IMG/VR virus record: IMGVR_UViG_3300020172_001601
Location: 276,342 to 340,341 of that record
Length of the DNA: 64,000 bases
Direction: 5' to 3' (one strand)
Shown here: piece by piece, positions 34,795 through 45,992 of the stretch
Numbering within the stretch: position 1 is the stretch's first letter
Layout: each line of letters opens with the position of its first letter
Translations under genes and position numbers: made by a program
The notes under the pieces: model-generated
Told to the model about the DNA's origin: nothing
Seen by the model: the letters and a program-made list of their open reading frames with translations, nothing else
Database searches by the model: none

Positions 34795-35389
34795 CGTCAT
34801 CAATCCCATTGTGATATTTGAACATGAAGTCATTTTTGACTTTAGCAACCAGATATGGTGGCAAGTTCAATAATCTTTGAGCCTCATCCAATTCTGCTTC
34901 AGTCCAGCACTTATCCAGGATGAATTGTTTGAGATTAGGGTTGGAAAGCACTGTCCGAATAAATTCGACCTCGACAAGAAATTCTTCATGTCGATTTTTT
35001 GGATAGTTGGCAAAGGGATCGGCAGGAGCCACGGCAACTTGTTGCGTTGACACCGGCTGTTCGACTCGTGGGTTATTTGTATTTTCGTTGATTCGAGAGG
35101 TTGGCAATCCTTTTCCACATGCCCAGCAGTGGCTTGGCGAGGATGAACCACCGTCACCAATGCGAATCCGTGAATTACAGTACGGACAAGCCGTATGATT
35201 TGGGAGTTCGTAAGAGTCTCCCCAAAAAAGCGAGAGAGGGTTCAAATATTTGTTCACGACAAAATCGAGAGCAGCAAGATTAGCCCAGATTCCACGAAAT
35301 CGCCGCCCACAATTGCATGTGAAGATGTCGTAACGGCTTTCAGCGCCAATATCCACTCGGCTTTGACAAGACGGACAGATGAGTTTCAT
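34790..35389 (-). CDS. multi zinc-ribbon protein
   Basis: CPSC, CNCG, CPYC, CWAC. Confidence 0.75.
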   Translation of the reverse strand: MKLICPSCQSRVDIGAESRYDIFTCNCGRRFRGIWANLAALDFVVNKYLNPLSLFWGDSYELPNHTACPYCNSRIRIGDGGSSSPSHCWACGKGLPTSRINENTNNPRVEQPVSTQQVAVAPADPFANYPKNRHEEFLVEVEFIRTVLSNPNLKQFILDKCWTEAELDEAQRLLNLPPYLVAKVKNDFMFKYHNGIDDE

Positions 35390-35476
35390 GGAAGTCTTTC
35401 AAAAAATGGAGGAGTACCCGTCCTCACATTTATATTGTACCGTGGAAATACCCGGTTGTAAAGCCTAAATATCTGC

Positions 35477-35998
35477 ATGGCGATACCTTTTCAAGATGCG
35501 GTGCTTCCCAGCGGTCTGTCGGCTCCTTCCACGGTCAACCCTACAGTGGGCCGAGGCAGTCTCGTAACCTTCAGCTACCTATTCCACAAACCGGGCCACG
35601 ATGCGGCTCCTTTGGTGCTGGTGACAGATGTTTGGGGCAAGTACATTCGGGGTATTAACCTGCATTATTTGACCTTCCCGACTATTAAGAAGCTACTTTT
35701 CCCTGGTCCCGGTCAGTCGATTTGTGACAGCCCACAATTTACATACCAATATATCAAGGGCAACGACTACATAGTTTCAGCCTTCCGACAATACAAAAGG
35801 AACGGCATTGAGTCTTTGAAAAAGCTCAACTGCGAGTTCATTGTAAACGCTCTTGCCATATCTCGGTCATTCGACCCCAACGAGATAGAAGCTATACGCA
35901 AATCTGTGCGAGAGCAAATTCGACGCATGGCCAATCCGCAGGCCGCTCCCACGGGCGAAATGCCGATGGGACAGAATCCACAAACGCCGAATTTATAA
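35477..35998 (+). CDS. T4 gp2-like DNA end protector
   Basis: PLVLV...GINLHYL motif. Confidence 0.6.
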   Translation: MAIPFQDAVLPSGLSAPSTVNPTVGRGSLVTFSYLFHKPGHDAAPLVLVTDVWGKYIRGINLHYLTFPTIKKLLFPGPGQSICDSPQFTYQYIKGNDYIVSAFRQYKRNGIESLKKLNCEFIVNALAISRSFDPNEIEAIRKSVREQIRRMANPQAAPTGEMPMGQNPQTPNL

Positions 35999-36072
35999 GT
36001 TTCCCCTGCTGACTAAATAACTTGAACGATCAACTTCTCTATTAGGGAAGCAGAATAGCAATGTAGGTATCA

Positions 36073-39000
36073 ATGGCAACAGCGATAGACAATCTCGGAC
36101 GAAAAATCGACTCCACCAATATGTCACTTGGCGAGATCAAAGCCCTAGTTGGGACAATGATGAAATCCAAGGTGGGAGCGGCACGCCCCGTTGAATCCAA
36201 AAAAGAAGGCGTACCACAAGGCGACATGGGGAAAGTGCGTGAATTGCTTGAGCAATACACAAAGGACTTTGCCAAAGATATGCAGGAGCAGAAAGGCTTC
36301 TTGTCCGATGTTGTTGGTAGCTTAAAAGACCTTGTTCAGAAAAGACTGGCTAAAAAGGCAGAATCCAAAGGCCAGCCAAAAAAGGAAAAGAAAGAAAAGC
36401 CTTTCGTCAGCAAAGAAGAAAAGGCCATGTCTAAGAGCAGCGAAGGTCTTTACAAGACTTTCGCCAAGAAGGGTTCTGGCTACACTCACGACATCTATGT
36501 TGAAAAGGCCATTTACGAACTATGCAACTGTCTCAAGGGAATGACCCCTGCAACGCCATCGCCAGCAGCAGGAGATGGTGGTGCTGCGGGTGGTGGAGGC
36601 TCTGGTGGCAGTACAGGCGGTGCAGGAGCAGCCCCAGCCCCAGGTGGTGGCAAGAAAAAAGAAAAAACAAGAATGATGGGCGGTTTGCCAATCGCAGATG
36701 ACTTGGCAATCATGAGCTATTTCATTGGTCAGATTACCAATGAACTGGCAAAAGTAGAACAACACATCTTAGGCTTCAATGCTTTGTCTGAAGTGTTCAA
36801 AGGAACAATCAAACAAGAGCGAGAGTTTGTTCAGGGAATGCGTGCCATCAGCTATGAAACAGCCGGTGCGACGAAAGAAGCCAAGGGTTTAATGCGTTCT
36901 TTTGAGGATATTGGAGCGACCACCAAGCAGACAGGTGTAGATCGTGATGTATTCCAGAAATCATACATCAAAGCATTGAAGCACGGCATTAAAGACCTAA
37001 AGGTTGCATCTAATATTGTCAAAACCCAATTGAACACTGAAAAGCAATTGGGAATGGAAGCTGGAACTCTCAGCGAAGAATTCACCAATTGGAATAAAGC
37101 CGGTCGCATGTCGATGGGCCAAATTGCCGATATGGGTCGAGGTATGCGAGAAGTTGCTCGCAACACCGGAATGACCGGCGATGAATTGGCTGGAGTTGTA
37201 AAAAGCAGTGGCGAATTCATCAGCTCTTTAAGAAATGCTGCAACGCTAACGTCAGCAGCCGCTAAGAACGTCATTGAAATCGGCGTCAATGCAAAGAAGC
37301 TGGGTATTGAAAGCCAAATGCAACCTTTGTTGAAGGCAATGAGTAGTTCGTCCAATTTGATTCTTGAAGCATCAGATCAGACTAGAGCATTCTTGTTATC
37401 TGCCGCAGGTAGCGTAGGTCGCATTGACGAATTGATGAACGGCACAATCCTTCGGTCCAAGGCCGGAATCAAAGACATGGCTAAGGGCATGGACAATATG
37501 CTGAAACGCTTTGGCGTTGAAAGCATGGATGCCATCGACCAATTGTCGGACGATGCCAAGATGCGACTGAACGTATCTTTGAAGGCCACGTTCGGCATTG
37601 AACTTGGAGAACTGCGATCTCAATATGAGGCTTTGAATGAAGCCGGTAAGGGGATGGCAGAGCGACTGGCCGACATCAATAAGAAGCGTCAACAGAATTT
37701 GACGTTAGAAGAGAAGGCTGCGCTCATGGAAGATGAGCGAAAATTGAAGGCCAGCAAGAACCTAGAAGTGTTAACGGCCCTGGATGAAGCGTCCAAAGGT
37801 GCCAAGGACATGAATCAAGCTCTAGCCACCTTCGGAAAACGTCGAGGCGAATTCGAGGCAGACTTAAACGCCCTGGGTCAAACATGGACTAGCGAAGCTG
37901 ACGTAGCACGAGGAGCGATCCAAAGTGCTATGGACAGTGTTAATGCTGGGTTGAAGAAGTCCGGCAAACAAGAAATTAAGATTGATTCCACTGCAATCGA
38001 GCAGGCGTTGAAAGACCCAGCAGCGATGCGGGAGCTTACGGGAAAAATTGCAAAGGGAGAACAAGAGTTAGCTACGGCTCAAAAGGCTCAACTTGATCCG
38101 ATGACGGATATGCAGCAATCTTTAAGTGAAATCAATGATAACATTAGGAACTTTACAAACAAAGGATTTTCTTCCTTATTCAATAGTTTGATTGGCAAAA
38201 TTGCCGTAATCGGTGCTACTATCGCAGGTGTTATTGGTGGCATTTCTTTACTTGCTATAGGCATTATCAGCAAAATCGACAGCTTTAGTCGTGTATTCAA
38301 AGAAATGAAAGATCATGGTGGCCCGCTTAAAGTCCTCATGGGAGCAATATTAGGAAGAAGAGACAATTCACCCGATCCTGCTGCCGAAGCTAATGATGCC
38401 GCATCTGCTGGAGGTAAAACTACAGGAAAAAACACTGCTGCAACAGCAGTGAAAGATGCTCTGGCTGGGCTTAAAAAGGATGATGACCAAGACATCTTCC
38501 CGTTGATGCTGAAAGAGCTTCAGGCTATCCGTCAGTGTATCTGCACCGATAAGGCAAAGACAACTGCCGACAAAGCCAGCGCTCAAGAAAAGAGAGATGA
38601 AAAAACCAGAAGAAGACTGTTGAAAAATGAAGTTAAGTCTGCCAAGGTTGGCGACAACATTCAAGACCGAACAGACAAATTGGTTGATCGACAAACAGTT
38701 GTTGCAAAAGCACAAAAAGTACCAGGAACTCCTAGTGTAGAAGGATTCGACATTGCTGGAATGATGGGTGCTGGAAAAGAAATGGCTAAGGCTGCTATTG
38801 GCGTGGCTATTTTGGGTCTTGGAGTTGTTGCTCTTGGAGCGGCCATTGTATTCTTGTCTGCCAAGATCATGAAGGCTTTCAAGTTAGACATTAAGACTGT
38901 GCTTGAAACAGCAGCAGTTGTTGGAGCAGTGGCTCTTGCTGGCGGTGCCATTGCCGCTGCTGGTGTTGTTGCCTTCCAAGCATTAGCTTCTGACGAAATG

Positions 39001-42000
39001 AAAGGCTTCACAGAAAAAGCCAAATCATCTTATCCACAAGTTCTTAAAGCCGCAGCAGCACTGCTACTGATTGGTCCCGCTATTGTTCTGCTTGGTGCAG
39101 CAGTTGTCGCATTGACTGGACTCATTTTGTCTAAGCTGGGATTAAGTCTTGGTTCTGTTGCCGAAACCGCTGGTGTAGTTATCGCCGTAGCTGGTGTCGC
39201 TGGTGCAATGGCAGCAGGGGCCTCTCAATTCGTTGAGTGCTTGGACGAACTCAAAAAGAACAAGACTTGGAATGACATCATCAGCAAGCCAGGAACTCTT
39301 GCCAAAGAAATAGGCAAGACTGCTTTGGCGCTTCTGTTGGTTGGTGGTGCCATCATGGTCCTGGGCGTTGCTCTGGTCAAGATGGGTCAGGTCATCATGA
39401 GTGTGGCCGGATTGGATGGTTCAACAGCAGCTAAAGTCGGAATGCAAGTCGCTGGATTGATTGTCGCCGCTGGCGCAATAGCCGGTGCTATCATTGGTGC
39501 GTCTTTTGGATTGAAGGCTTTAGGTGAATTCGCAAAGAAGTCAACAGGTCTTGTTAAGGACATGGCAGTTGGAGCTTTGGCTCTTTTGATTATGACTCCG
39601 GCCATCGTGTTGTTGGCATCTGCTGTTGTCTGGATGTCCAAGTCGATCATGAGTGCATTTGGAATGGATTCTGGAACTGCCGCTAAAGCAGCAATGAATA
39701 TTGCTGAACTATTGTTGGCAACAGGATTTATTGCCTTGGCCGTTATTGGTGCGTCGGCTGGATTGATTGCCCTTGGTACATTAGTCACAAGTCTCGGCAC
39801 TTACACTGGTGGCATTGGCTTGTTGGCCGCTGCTGGACTGATGGCAGCAGGGGCCGCAGCCCTATTGATTATGACTCCGGCGATCACTGCTTTGGCTGCT
39901 GGCGTTGTATATCTTGCACAACAAGTCATGGGTTCATTTGGACTAGACTTGGGAACGGCAGCGAAAGTAGCTAAAGACTTGGCGGGAGTGCTAATGGCGG
40001 CTGGCTTCATTGCCTTGGCCGTCATCGGGGCCGCATGGGGATTGGGTCAACTCGGCGCACTGGTATGGAGCGGGCTGATTTGGCCTACAGTATTGTTGGC
40101 AGGGTTAGGAGCAATCGGATTGATGGCTTTGACTCCAGCAATCGCTGCATTGGCCTCAAGTGTAATCTACATGGCTCAGTCTGTGATGAAAAGCATCATC
40201 GACCCATCAGAAGCCGGTAAGGTAGCCGAAGCACTGGCAGACGTAATCGGTGCTGCTGCTGAAATTTCCCTGTCGGTGCTTGGCATGGGCGCTGCATTAG
40301 CAGCTTTGGGCTTGGCAATGACAACAGGGGTCTTCTGGATCATGGCTGTCTTGGCTGTGATGGGGGCCGCTGCAATGTTGGTTCTAACACCAGCAGTTGT
40401 TGCTTTGAATACGGCAATTATCAACATGGCCCAAAGTGTCATGAAGGGATCAGTCAGTCCTGAAGAAGCCAAGATGACATCTGAAGCACTAGCTTCAATT
40501 CTAGCAAGTGCTGCAAGTATTTCTTGGTCGGTCATTAAGAGCGCAACAACCCTGGGCATATTGGGTCTGCTGGCCGCATTCTCGGCTGTAGCCTGGGTGA
40601 TTACTGGTGCCATGTATCTTGGCTCTAAGGCACTTCAGTTCTTGACTCCTGCTGTAGTGCATATGGCCAACACCATTATTCAAATGGCTGGTGGCTTAAT
40701 GGCAACTGGCGTAAGCCCGGCTCACGGCAAGGAAATTGCCGAAGCCCTGTCTTCGATATTGAGTTCCGCAGGAAACATTGCCGATGGCGTGCTAGGTGCA
40801 GTTAGCAGCTTGAGCAAGCTAGGGCTTCTCAGTTTCTTTGCCGGAATGATTGCTGGATTGATGTGGATGGGCGTAGGAGCGTTAGCAGTCCTAGCAGAAC
40901 CAGTAAAGGGTTACATTGGTGCGGTTGTAGACATTGCCAAGTCAATGGGTTCAACTCTCAACCCTAAACAGGCCGCTGAAATGGCTCAAGGTGTAGCCGA
41001 TGTATTGGCGGCTTGTGGTGATGTTACAAACAGGATCATGGCAGCAAAAGAGAAACTATTGTCTTTGCCAGCATCTACTGGTTTTTGGGCTTGGTTGACG
41101 GGAAATGGAGTTACTGCCATGCAAAATGGAGTAGATTCACTTACGGCGATCAAGAAGCCAATCGTCAATTATGTTGGAGCAATAGTTGACATTGCTCAAA
41201 GCATCGGTAGCAAACTCAATCCTAAGCAAGCAGTAGAAATGGCAAAGGGTGTTGCAGACATCCTCGCTGCTTGTGGTGCGGTCACAGATGAGATTATGAA
41301 GGCCAAAGACAAACTCGTGTCCATGTCTCCAAGTGTGGCCGGAAGACTATGGACATGGCTTACAAGTTCATTCATGCCAAGCATTGAAGGTGGAATTGAT
41401 GTTCTGAAGAAGCTAGAAAAGCCTCTCACCAGTTATGTTGAAACAGTAATTGGCGTTGCACGAAGCATTGGTGGAAAGCTCGATCCTCGTCTAGCAACTT
41501 CGATGGCTAGAGGAGTCGCTGACATCTTGAATGCCACAGGCGCAGTCACAGACGAAATCATGAAGACTAAGGATCGCTTGTTGTCAATCAAGTCGAGCCA
41601 GGGATTCTGGATTTGGGCAAGTGGCATCGAAGATTCAATGAAGGCTGGAGTTGAAACGCTCAATAAAATGAAGCAGCCAATCATGGATTATGTTGGAACC
41701 ATTGTTGGTTTCGCTAGAGACATGGGCAGCAAAGTTGACATTGGTTCGGCTAAGTCAATGGTCAAGAGCCTAACAGCCGTATCAACCATTATTGAACTCG
41801 TCTCGAAGGTTTTGAACACCTTATCTGAGAAGATCGTGCCATTGACACAAGGCGGCTGGTTCAGCGGTTCTCCTATCAAGCAGATGACAAGAGCCAAGGG
41901 CCAAATGGAAGTGTTCTTCCCAGCTATGGTTGACCTTATCAGAACAATTGTCGATAAGGTTCGTGGCAGCATGGGCGACACCAAAGAATTGAAGAGTGCG

Positions 42001-45000
42001 GCCAAGGGTCTTAATGCAATGGCAATGATTTTGAATGCGGCCATGCCGTCAATTTCAATCATGAGCGAAAAGATTGCACCGCTGACCCAGGGTGGATTCT
42101 TCAGTGCATCTCCTGTTGACAAGATTAAGTCGGCCATTCCTCAGTTCAACGGATTCTTCGATTCCGTCAGTGACTTCGTGAATACGATTGTCGCTTCGAT
42201 GACAAAGATCAAGGATACGACTGGCTTGAAAGAAGCCGCCAAGAAAATGACCATGTTGGCTGTTGTTCTGGATTCGACCAGCAAAGCCATCGGTTCTTTG
42301 GCGAGCATGGTCGGATTGATGGACGACGGGTTCTTCACCAAGTCGCCGATCACCAAGATTATTGAAAACAAAACCAAATTCGCCGATTACTTCGGACAGA
42401 TCGCTGAGTTCGTCAACACGGGAATTGTTTACCCGATCAACAACGTCATTCCAGATGCCAAGAAGCTCCAGAATGCCTCGGTGATTGTATTGGCCCTAGC
42501 ACGACTATTGTGCGGAACCAAAGTAACATTAGAAAGTCTGGCAGCAGTGATCGGACTGATGGAGCCTAAGTGGTTCTTCCAGAAGGCTCCTCTCCAGAAG
42601 ATCATGGATAACAAGGACCAGTTCAAGGAATGGTTCATTGCCATCGCCAACTTCGTCAACAATGGCATTGTGAAGCCGGTCAACGATGAATTCAAAGACC
42701 CATCGCAAATCCTAAATGCGGCAAAGATTGTCAATGCAATGGCTGTTGTTGCCAAAAACATTGTTCCAATGATTAAGAATCTGGCTGCTGCGATTGCACT
42801 TGGAACGGATGCTTCTAGCTTCTTCTCGGAAGCACCAATTCCAAAAATCATTAGCAACAAAAAACAATTCGGAGAGTGGTTCCAGGCCATTGCCATCTTC
42901 ATGAGAGACGGGATTGTAAATCCGGTCAACAAGGAAATGGCTGGAGTTGACATCTCTGGTGCAGCGAAAACGATCACGGCTATGGCCAAGATTGCGGCGA
43001 ACATCGTCCCATTGATTAAGAATCTATCCGGTGCCATGAGTCTCATGAGCAGCCCGGCTGAACGCTATTTCGACACAGACTTCCCAATTGACAAGATTAT
43101 GGTCTACAAGGGCGAATTCGCCCTGTGGTTCAAGAGTATTGCCATCTTCATGAGAGACGGCATTGTGAATCCAATTCTCAATGAACTGCCAGAGCCTCGC
43201 ACCATCATGATGGCAGCTAAGATTCTGTCGGCCATGAGTCGCATTGTCACATTGATTCCTATTGTCATCAACAATATGGCTAACGGACTCATTCCTTTGA
43301 TTGACTCTGGCATGTCCATGAAGGATACAGCTAAAGAGAAGATGGAAGGAAAGACCAAGTTGTTTGGCGACTGGTTCACCAGCATAGCCGCCTTCATGCG
43401 AGATGGAATTATCGCTCCAATCTTGAATGAGCTTCCAGAACCTCGAACCATCATGATGGCAGCTAAGATTCTGTCGGCTATGAGCCGCATCTTCACCCTG
43501 TTGCCTTCAGTGATCTCCAAGTTGTCAGCTTTGTTTGTTCCACTGGATGCAAGCAAGTGTCTGAAGGATTCGCCTATTGGCATGTTGGCTGCTAATACAG
43601 ATATGTTCTCAGCGTGGTTCTATTCCATCACATCATTCGTGCGTGACGGAATCTTGTATCCAATCATGAACAATCTGCCTACAGCAGAAGAGATTACTGC
43701 TGGCATGAGCCAAATGAGCAATATGTCAAAGGGACTTGATGCCGCTGAACAAATTATTGCTTATGTCTCAGAGAGAATGAATAAGTTTTCAATCAATCCA
43801 TTCTGGATGATGATGGCAAGCTGGAAGGCTTCAATGTTTGGGTATGCCTTTATGAGCATGGCAAATGCCATCAATAACGGGATTCTTCAGCCAATGAAGT
43901 TGTTGCCGCCATCTTCTGAAATTGATGAAGTTGTGAATCAGCTTGACGGAATGGTTCAGGCACTTAACAAGGTCGAAGAGGTCTTGGGTGCTATGGACAT
44001 CGCCATGAAGTCGATTTCCAATTCTGGACTGGACTTCTCCGCTCTGGACAAGATTCCAATCCAGAAGATGGCAATGTTCGCATCGGCCTTGAAAGACATG
44101 ACTGCTGCCACAAGCATGGGCGGCGGTGCTGCAACTGGTGCGGGTGGCAGTGGTGTCGTAAATCCGAGCGACAAGGCTATTGAAACACAATTGTTGAGAG
44201 ATCAGTCAATTGCTCAACAATCAATGGCAAAATCTCTGAGCGAAATGGTTGTGGAGGCCCTGACTGGCGATGGTCTGTTTGTTCGAGACAGATTGAATTT
44301 CAAGGCTCAAAACGACATGATTAAGATTCAGCGGGACGAAGCCAAGTCTGCGTTGATGCCAACTGCCGCTGAATCTGCTGCTGGAATTAAGTCGGACTTT
44401 GGAAGTGGAGACAAGAAGTTAAGAGAAGAGTCTGAGAAGAAATTCAAGGAAAATCAGGCAAAGTCTAATCTACTGAAGCCTGCCATTAAATCTGTCAATC
44501 CTGCTCCTGCTGCGGGCAATGTTGATATGCGTCGTGCTTCTGAAAGCATGAGAGACACGCCGATGCAAAGAGCGTTGGGCGATGAAGTTCGTGAACGCCG
44601 TAGTCGAAATCCATACACAGATCGTCTTAAAGAAAGAAACGAAGCTCGTCGAATCAGAAGAGAGCAGGCTGGATTTGAAACTGGCGGGACAATCATGCCA
44701 TCTCAAGGTGGCAGCGTTCGTGGTTCTGCTGGCAGTCCTCGTGGGGAAGCTCATGGCCAAGGATTGATGACTGAGCAAGCTATGGCTAAAGCTATGGAGC
44801 GTCAAGCAAGAGAAGCACAAGGCGACCAGCCTATTGGTTACAAGTTGGCTAATGCAGCTAGTGCGCAGCAAATTGCAAACCAGGGAATGATGCCTTCGAT
44901 TAGCGCTCCTCAGATGGGAACATCTGAAACAGATGCTCTATCGGCTTTGAGCAGACTGGTTAACCAGCCAACATCTGCCAGCGGAATGATTGCTCAGGGG

Positions 45001-45411
45001 CCAATGAGTGTTGAGCCGATGTCTGTGGCGGGAGCCGGAGAGTCGCCAGCAAGCGTTCGACCTATTGCGCAAACATCACCAGCAATGCCAGACATGCACT
45101 CGGCAATTGCCGGAGAACGTGCGGCAACGTCACCAGTTAAAACGGAGATCACATCTCCTGAATTGGGTGCTATTGCATCTGAAGCTGGGGACCATAATGC
45201 GAAATTGGATACATTGATAACATTATTCCAGCAAGTTTTGACTGCTTTGAAGCCCACAAGCACTCCTATTACAAGTAGCGGTGGTGTTCCAGGTGACACA
45301 GCCACTAGAGAAGTTGTTCACAAGCCAGCAAATTACTTTAGAAACACAGTAGGCTTGGCTTCTCAAACTGCTGGAAAAGCAGCACTTAACTTAGGCCCAC
45401 AAACATCGTAA
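36073..45411 (+). CDS. tail tape measure protein
   Basis: 3112 aa, Ala/Gly-rich helical, hydrophobic middle, ~80-aa aromatic-spaced repeats, directly upstream of baseplate genes. Confidence 0.88.
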   Translation: MATAIDNLGRKIDSTNMSLGEIKALVGTMMKSKVGAARPVESKKEGVPQGDMGKVRELLEQYTKDFAKDMQEQKGFLSDVVGSLKDLVQKRLAKKAESKGQPKKEKKEKPFVSKEEKAMSKSSEGLYKTFAKKGSGYTHDIYVEKAIYELCNCLKGMTPATPSPAAGDGGAAGGGGSGGSTGGAGAAPAPGGGKKKEKTRMMGGLPIADDLAIMSYFIGQITNELAKVEQHILGFNALSEVFKGTIKQEREFVQGMRAISYETAGATKEAKGLMRSFEDIGATTKQTGVDRDVFQKSYIKALKHGIKDLKVASNIVKTQLNTEKQLGMEAGTLSEEFTNWNKAGRMSMGQIADMGRGMREVARNTGMTGDELAGVVKSSGEFISSLRNAATLTSAAAKNVIEIGVNAKKLGIESQMQPLLKAMSSSSNLILEASDQTRAFLLSAAGSVGRIDELMNGTILRSKAGIKDMAKGMDNMLKRFGVESMDAIDQLSDDAKMRLNVSLKATFGIELGELRSQYEALNEAGKGMAERLADINKKRQQNLTLEEKAALMEDERKLKASKNLEVLTALDEASKGAKDMNQALATFGKRRGEFEADLNALGQTWTSEADVARGAIQSAMDSVNAGLKKSGKQEIKIDSTAIEQALKDPAAMRELTGKIAKGEQELATAQKAQLDPMTDMQQSLSEINDNIRNFTNKGFSSLFNSLIGKIAVIGATIAGVIGGISLLAIGIISKIDSFSRVFKEMKDHGGPLKVLMGAILGRRDNSPDPAAEANDAASAGGKTTGKNTAATAVKDALAGLKKDDDQDIFPLMLKELQAIRQCICTDKAKTTADKASAQEKRDEKTRRRLLKNEVKSAKVGDNIQDRTDKLVDRQTVVAKAQKVPGTPSVEGFDIAGMMGAGKEMAKAAIGVAILGLGVVALGAAIVFLSAKIMKAFKLDIKTVLETAAVVGAVALAGGAIAAAGVVAFQALASDEMKGFTEKAKSSYPQVLKAAAALLLIGPAIVLLGAAVVALTGLILSKLGLSLGSVAETAGVVIAVAGVAGAMAAGASQFVECLDELKKNKTWNDIISKPGTLAKEIGKTALALLLVGGAIMVLGVALVKMGQVIMSVAGLDGSTAAKVGMQVAGLIVAAGAIAGAIIGASFGLKALGEFAKKSTGLVKDMAVGALALLIMTPAIVLLASAVVWMSKSIMSAFGMDSGTAAKAAMNIAELLLATGFIALAVIGASAGLIALGTLVTSLGTYTGGIGLLAAAGLMAAGAAALLIMTPAITALAAGVVYLAQQVMGSFGLDLGTAAKVAKDLAGVLMAAGFIALAVIGAAWGLGQLGALVWSGLIWPTVLLAGLGAIGLMALTPAIAALASSVIYMAQSVMKSIIDPSEAGKVAEALADVIGAAAEISLSVLGMGAALAALGLAMTTGVFWIMAVLAVMGAAAMLVLTPAVVALNTAIINMAQSVMKGSVSPEEAKMTSEALASILASAASISWSVIKSATTLGILGLLAAFSAVAWVITGAMYLGSKALQFLTPAVVHMANTIIQMAGGLMATGVSPAHGKEIAEALSSILSSAGNIADGVLGAVSSLSKLGLLSFFAGMIAGLMWMGVGALAVLAEPVKGYIGAVVDIAKSMGSTLNPKQAAEMAQGVADVLAACGDVTNRIMAAKEKLLSLPASTGFWAWLTGNGVTAMQNGVDSLTAIKKPIVNYVGAIVDIAQSIGSKLNPKQAVEMAKGVADILAACGAVTDEIMKAKDKLVSMSPSVAGRLWTWLTSSFMPSIEGGIDVLKKLEKPLTSYVETVIGVARSIGGKLDPRLATSMARGVADILNATGAVTDEIMKTKDRLLSIKSSQGFWIWASGIEDSMKAGVETLNKMKQPIMDYVGTIVGFARDMGSKVDIGSAKSMVKSLTAVSTIIELVSKVLNTLSEKIVPLTQGGWFSGSPIKQMTRAKGQMEVFFPAMVDLIRTIVDKVRGSMGDTKELKSAAKGLNAMAMILNAAMPSISIMSEKIAPLTQGGFFSASPVDKIKSAIPQFNGFFDSVSDFVNTIVASMTKIKDTTGLKEAAKKMTMLAVVLDSTSKAIGSLASMVGLMDDGFFTKSPITKIIENKTKFADYFGQIAEFVNTGIVYPINNVIPDAKKLQNASVIVLALARLLCGTKVTLESLAAVIGLMEPKWFFQKAPLQKIMDNKDQFKEWFIAIANFVNNGIVKPVNDEFKDPSQILNAAKIVNAMAVVAKNIVPMIKNLAAAIALGTDASSFFSEAPIPKIISNKKQFGEWFQAIAIFMRDGIVNPVNKEMAGVDISGAAKTITAMAKIAANIVPLIKNLSGAMSLMSSPAERYFDTDFPIDKIMVYKGEFALWFKSIAIFMRDGIVNPILNELPEPRTIMMAAKILSAMSRIVTLIPIVINNMANGLIPLIDSGMSMKDTAKEKMEGKTKLFGDWFTSIAAFMRDGIIAPILNELPEPRTIMMAAKILSAMSRIFTLLPSVISKLSALFVPLDASKCLKDSPIGMLAANTDMFSAWFYSITSFVRDGILYPIMNNLPTAEEITAGMSQMSNMSKGLDAAEQIIAYVSERMNKFSINPFWMMMASWKASMFGYAFMSMANAINNGILQPMKLLPPSSEIDEVVNQLDGMVQALNKVEEVLGAMDIAMKSISNSGLDFSALDKIPIQKMAMFASALKDMTAATSMGGGAATGAGGSGVVNPSDKAIETQLLRDQSIAQQSMAKSLSEMVVEALTGDGLFVRDRLNFKAQNDMIKIQRDEAKSALMPTAAESAAGIKSDFGSGDKKLREESEKKFKENQAKSNLLKPAIKSVNPAPAAGNVDMRRASESMRDTPMQRALGDEVRERRSRNPYTDRLKERNEARRIRREQAGFETGGTIMPSQGGSVRGSAGSPRGEAHGQGLMTEQAMAKAMERQAREAQGDQPIGYKLANAASAQQIANQGMMPSISAPQMGTSETDALSALSRLVNQPTSASGMIAQGPMSVEPMSVAGAGESPASVRPIAQTSPAMPDMHSAIAGERAATSPVKTEITSPELGAIASEAGDHNAKLDTLITLFQQVLTALKPTSTPITSSGGVPGDTATREVVHKPANYFRNTVGLASQTAGKAALNLGPQTS

Positions 45412-45424
45412 TGGATAAAAATCA

Positions 45425-45982
45425 ATGAAAGCGACACTGCCATCTGGCGTATTGACTCCACTTCAGGAATGTTATATTGACATTCCTGAACTAGAGACAA
45501 AAATTACAATGAACATTCTGCCAGATTTGTCGGACTCTAAGTCTGCGAGCTATCCTGACGAGAATGCCATTGGTCGATCCATGCCATTCAAGAGCTACCA
45601 GAACTCGGAAAACAGAACGATTTCTTGGACGGCTCACTTTGTTGTGTGCAAGGAAGGCGACCAACAGCAAATTATTGATTGGCTTAGGGTCATTGAGGCT
45701 TGTACTTATCCAATGACTCAGACAACGGGTGGCGCACCATATGCCCCACCACCAATTTGTCATTTGCGATGCGGAGACTTGCTATCGGATCGTGGTGCGC
45801 CTGAATTATGTACTGTGATGAAAAGTTACTCTGTTAAGTTCGATACAAGTGTGCCTTGGGATGTAGAGGGGTATATCCCTTACAAGTTAGATGTGGATAT
45901 GCAATTTGAAGTTGTTTACAACCAAGCTGACTTGCCTGGGGCTGAACAAATCATGATAGATGGAGTAGGCAATCCTAATTAA
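45425..45982 (+). CDS. baseplate / tube-initiator-like protein
   Basis: Position after the tape measure; GRS.P...Y..S..R.I and PPP motifs. Confidence 0.6.
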   Translation: MKATLPSGVLTPLQECYIDIPELETKITMNILPDLSDSKSASYPDENAIGRSMPFKSYQNSENRTISWTAHFVVCKEGDQQQIIDWLRVIEACTYPMTQTTGGAPYAPPPICHLRCGDLLSDRGAPELCTVMKSYSVKFDTSVPWDVEGYIPYKLDVDMQFEVVYNQADLPGAEQIMIDGVGNPN

Positions 45983-45992
45983 AGGAAGTGAT

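Noticed and set aside
36332-45305. Many minus-strand ORFs within the tape measure gene
   Set aside because: Antisense shadows of a long biased coding sequence, with no independent support.
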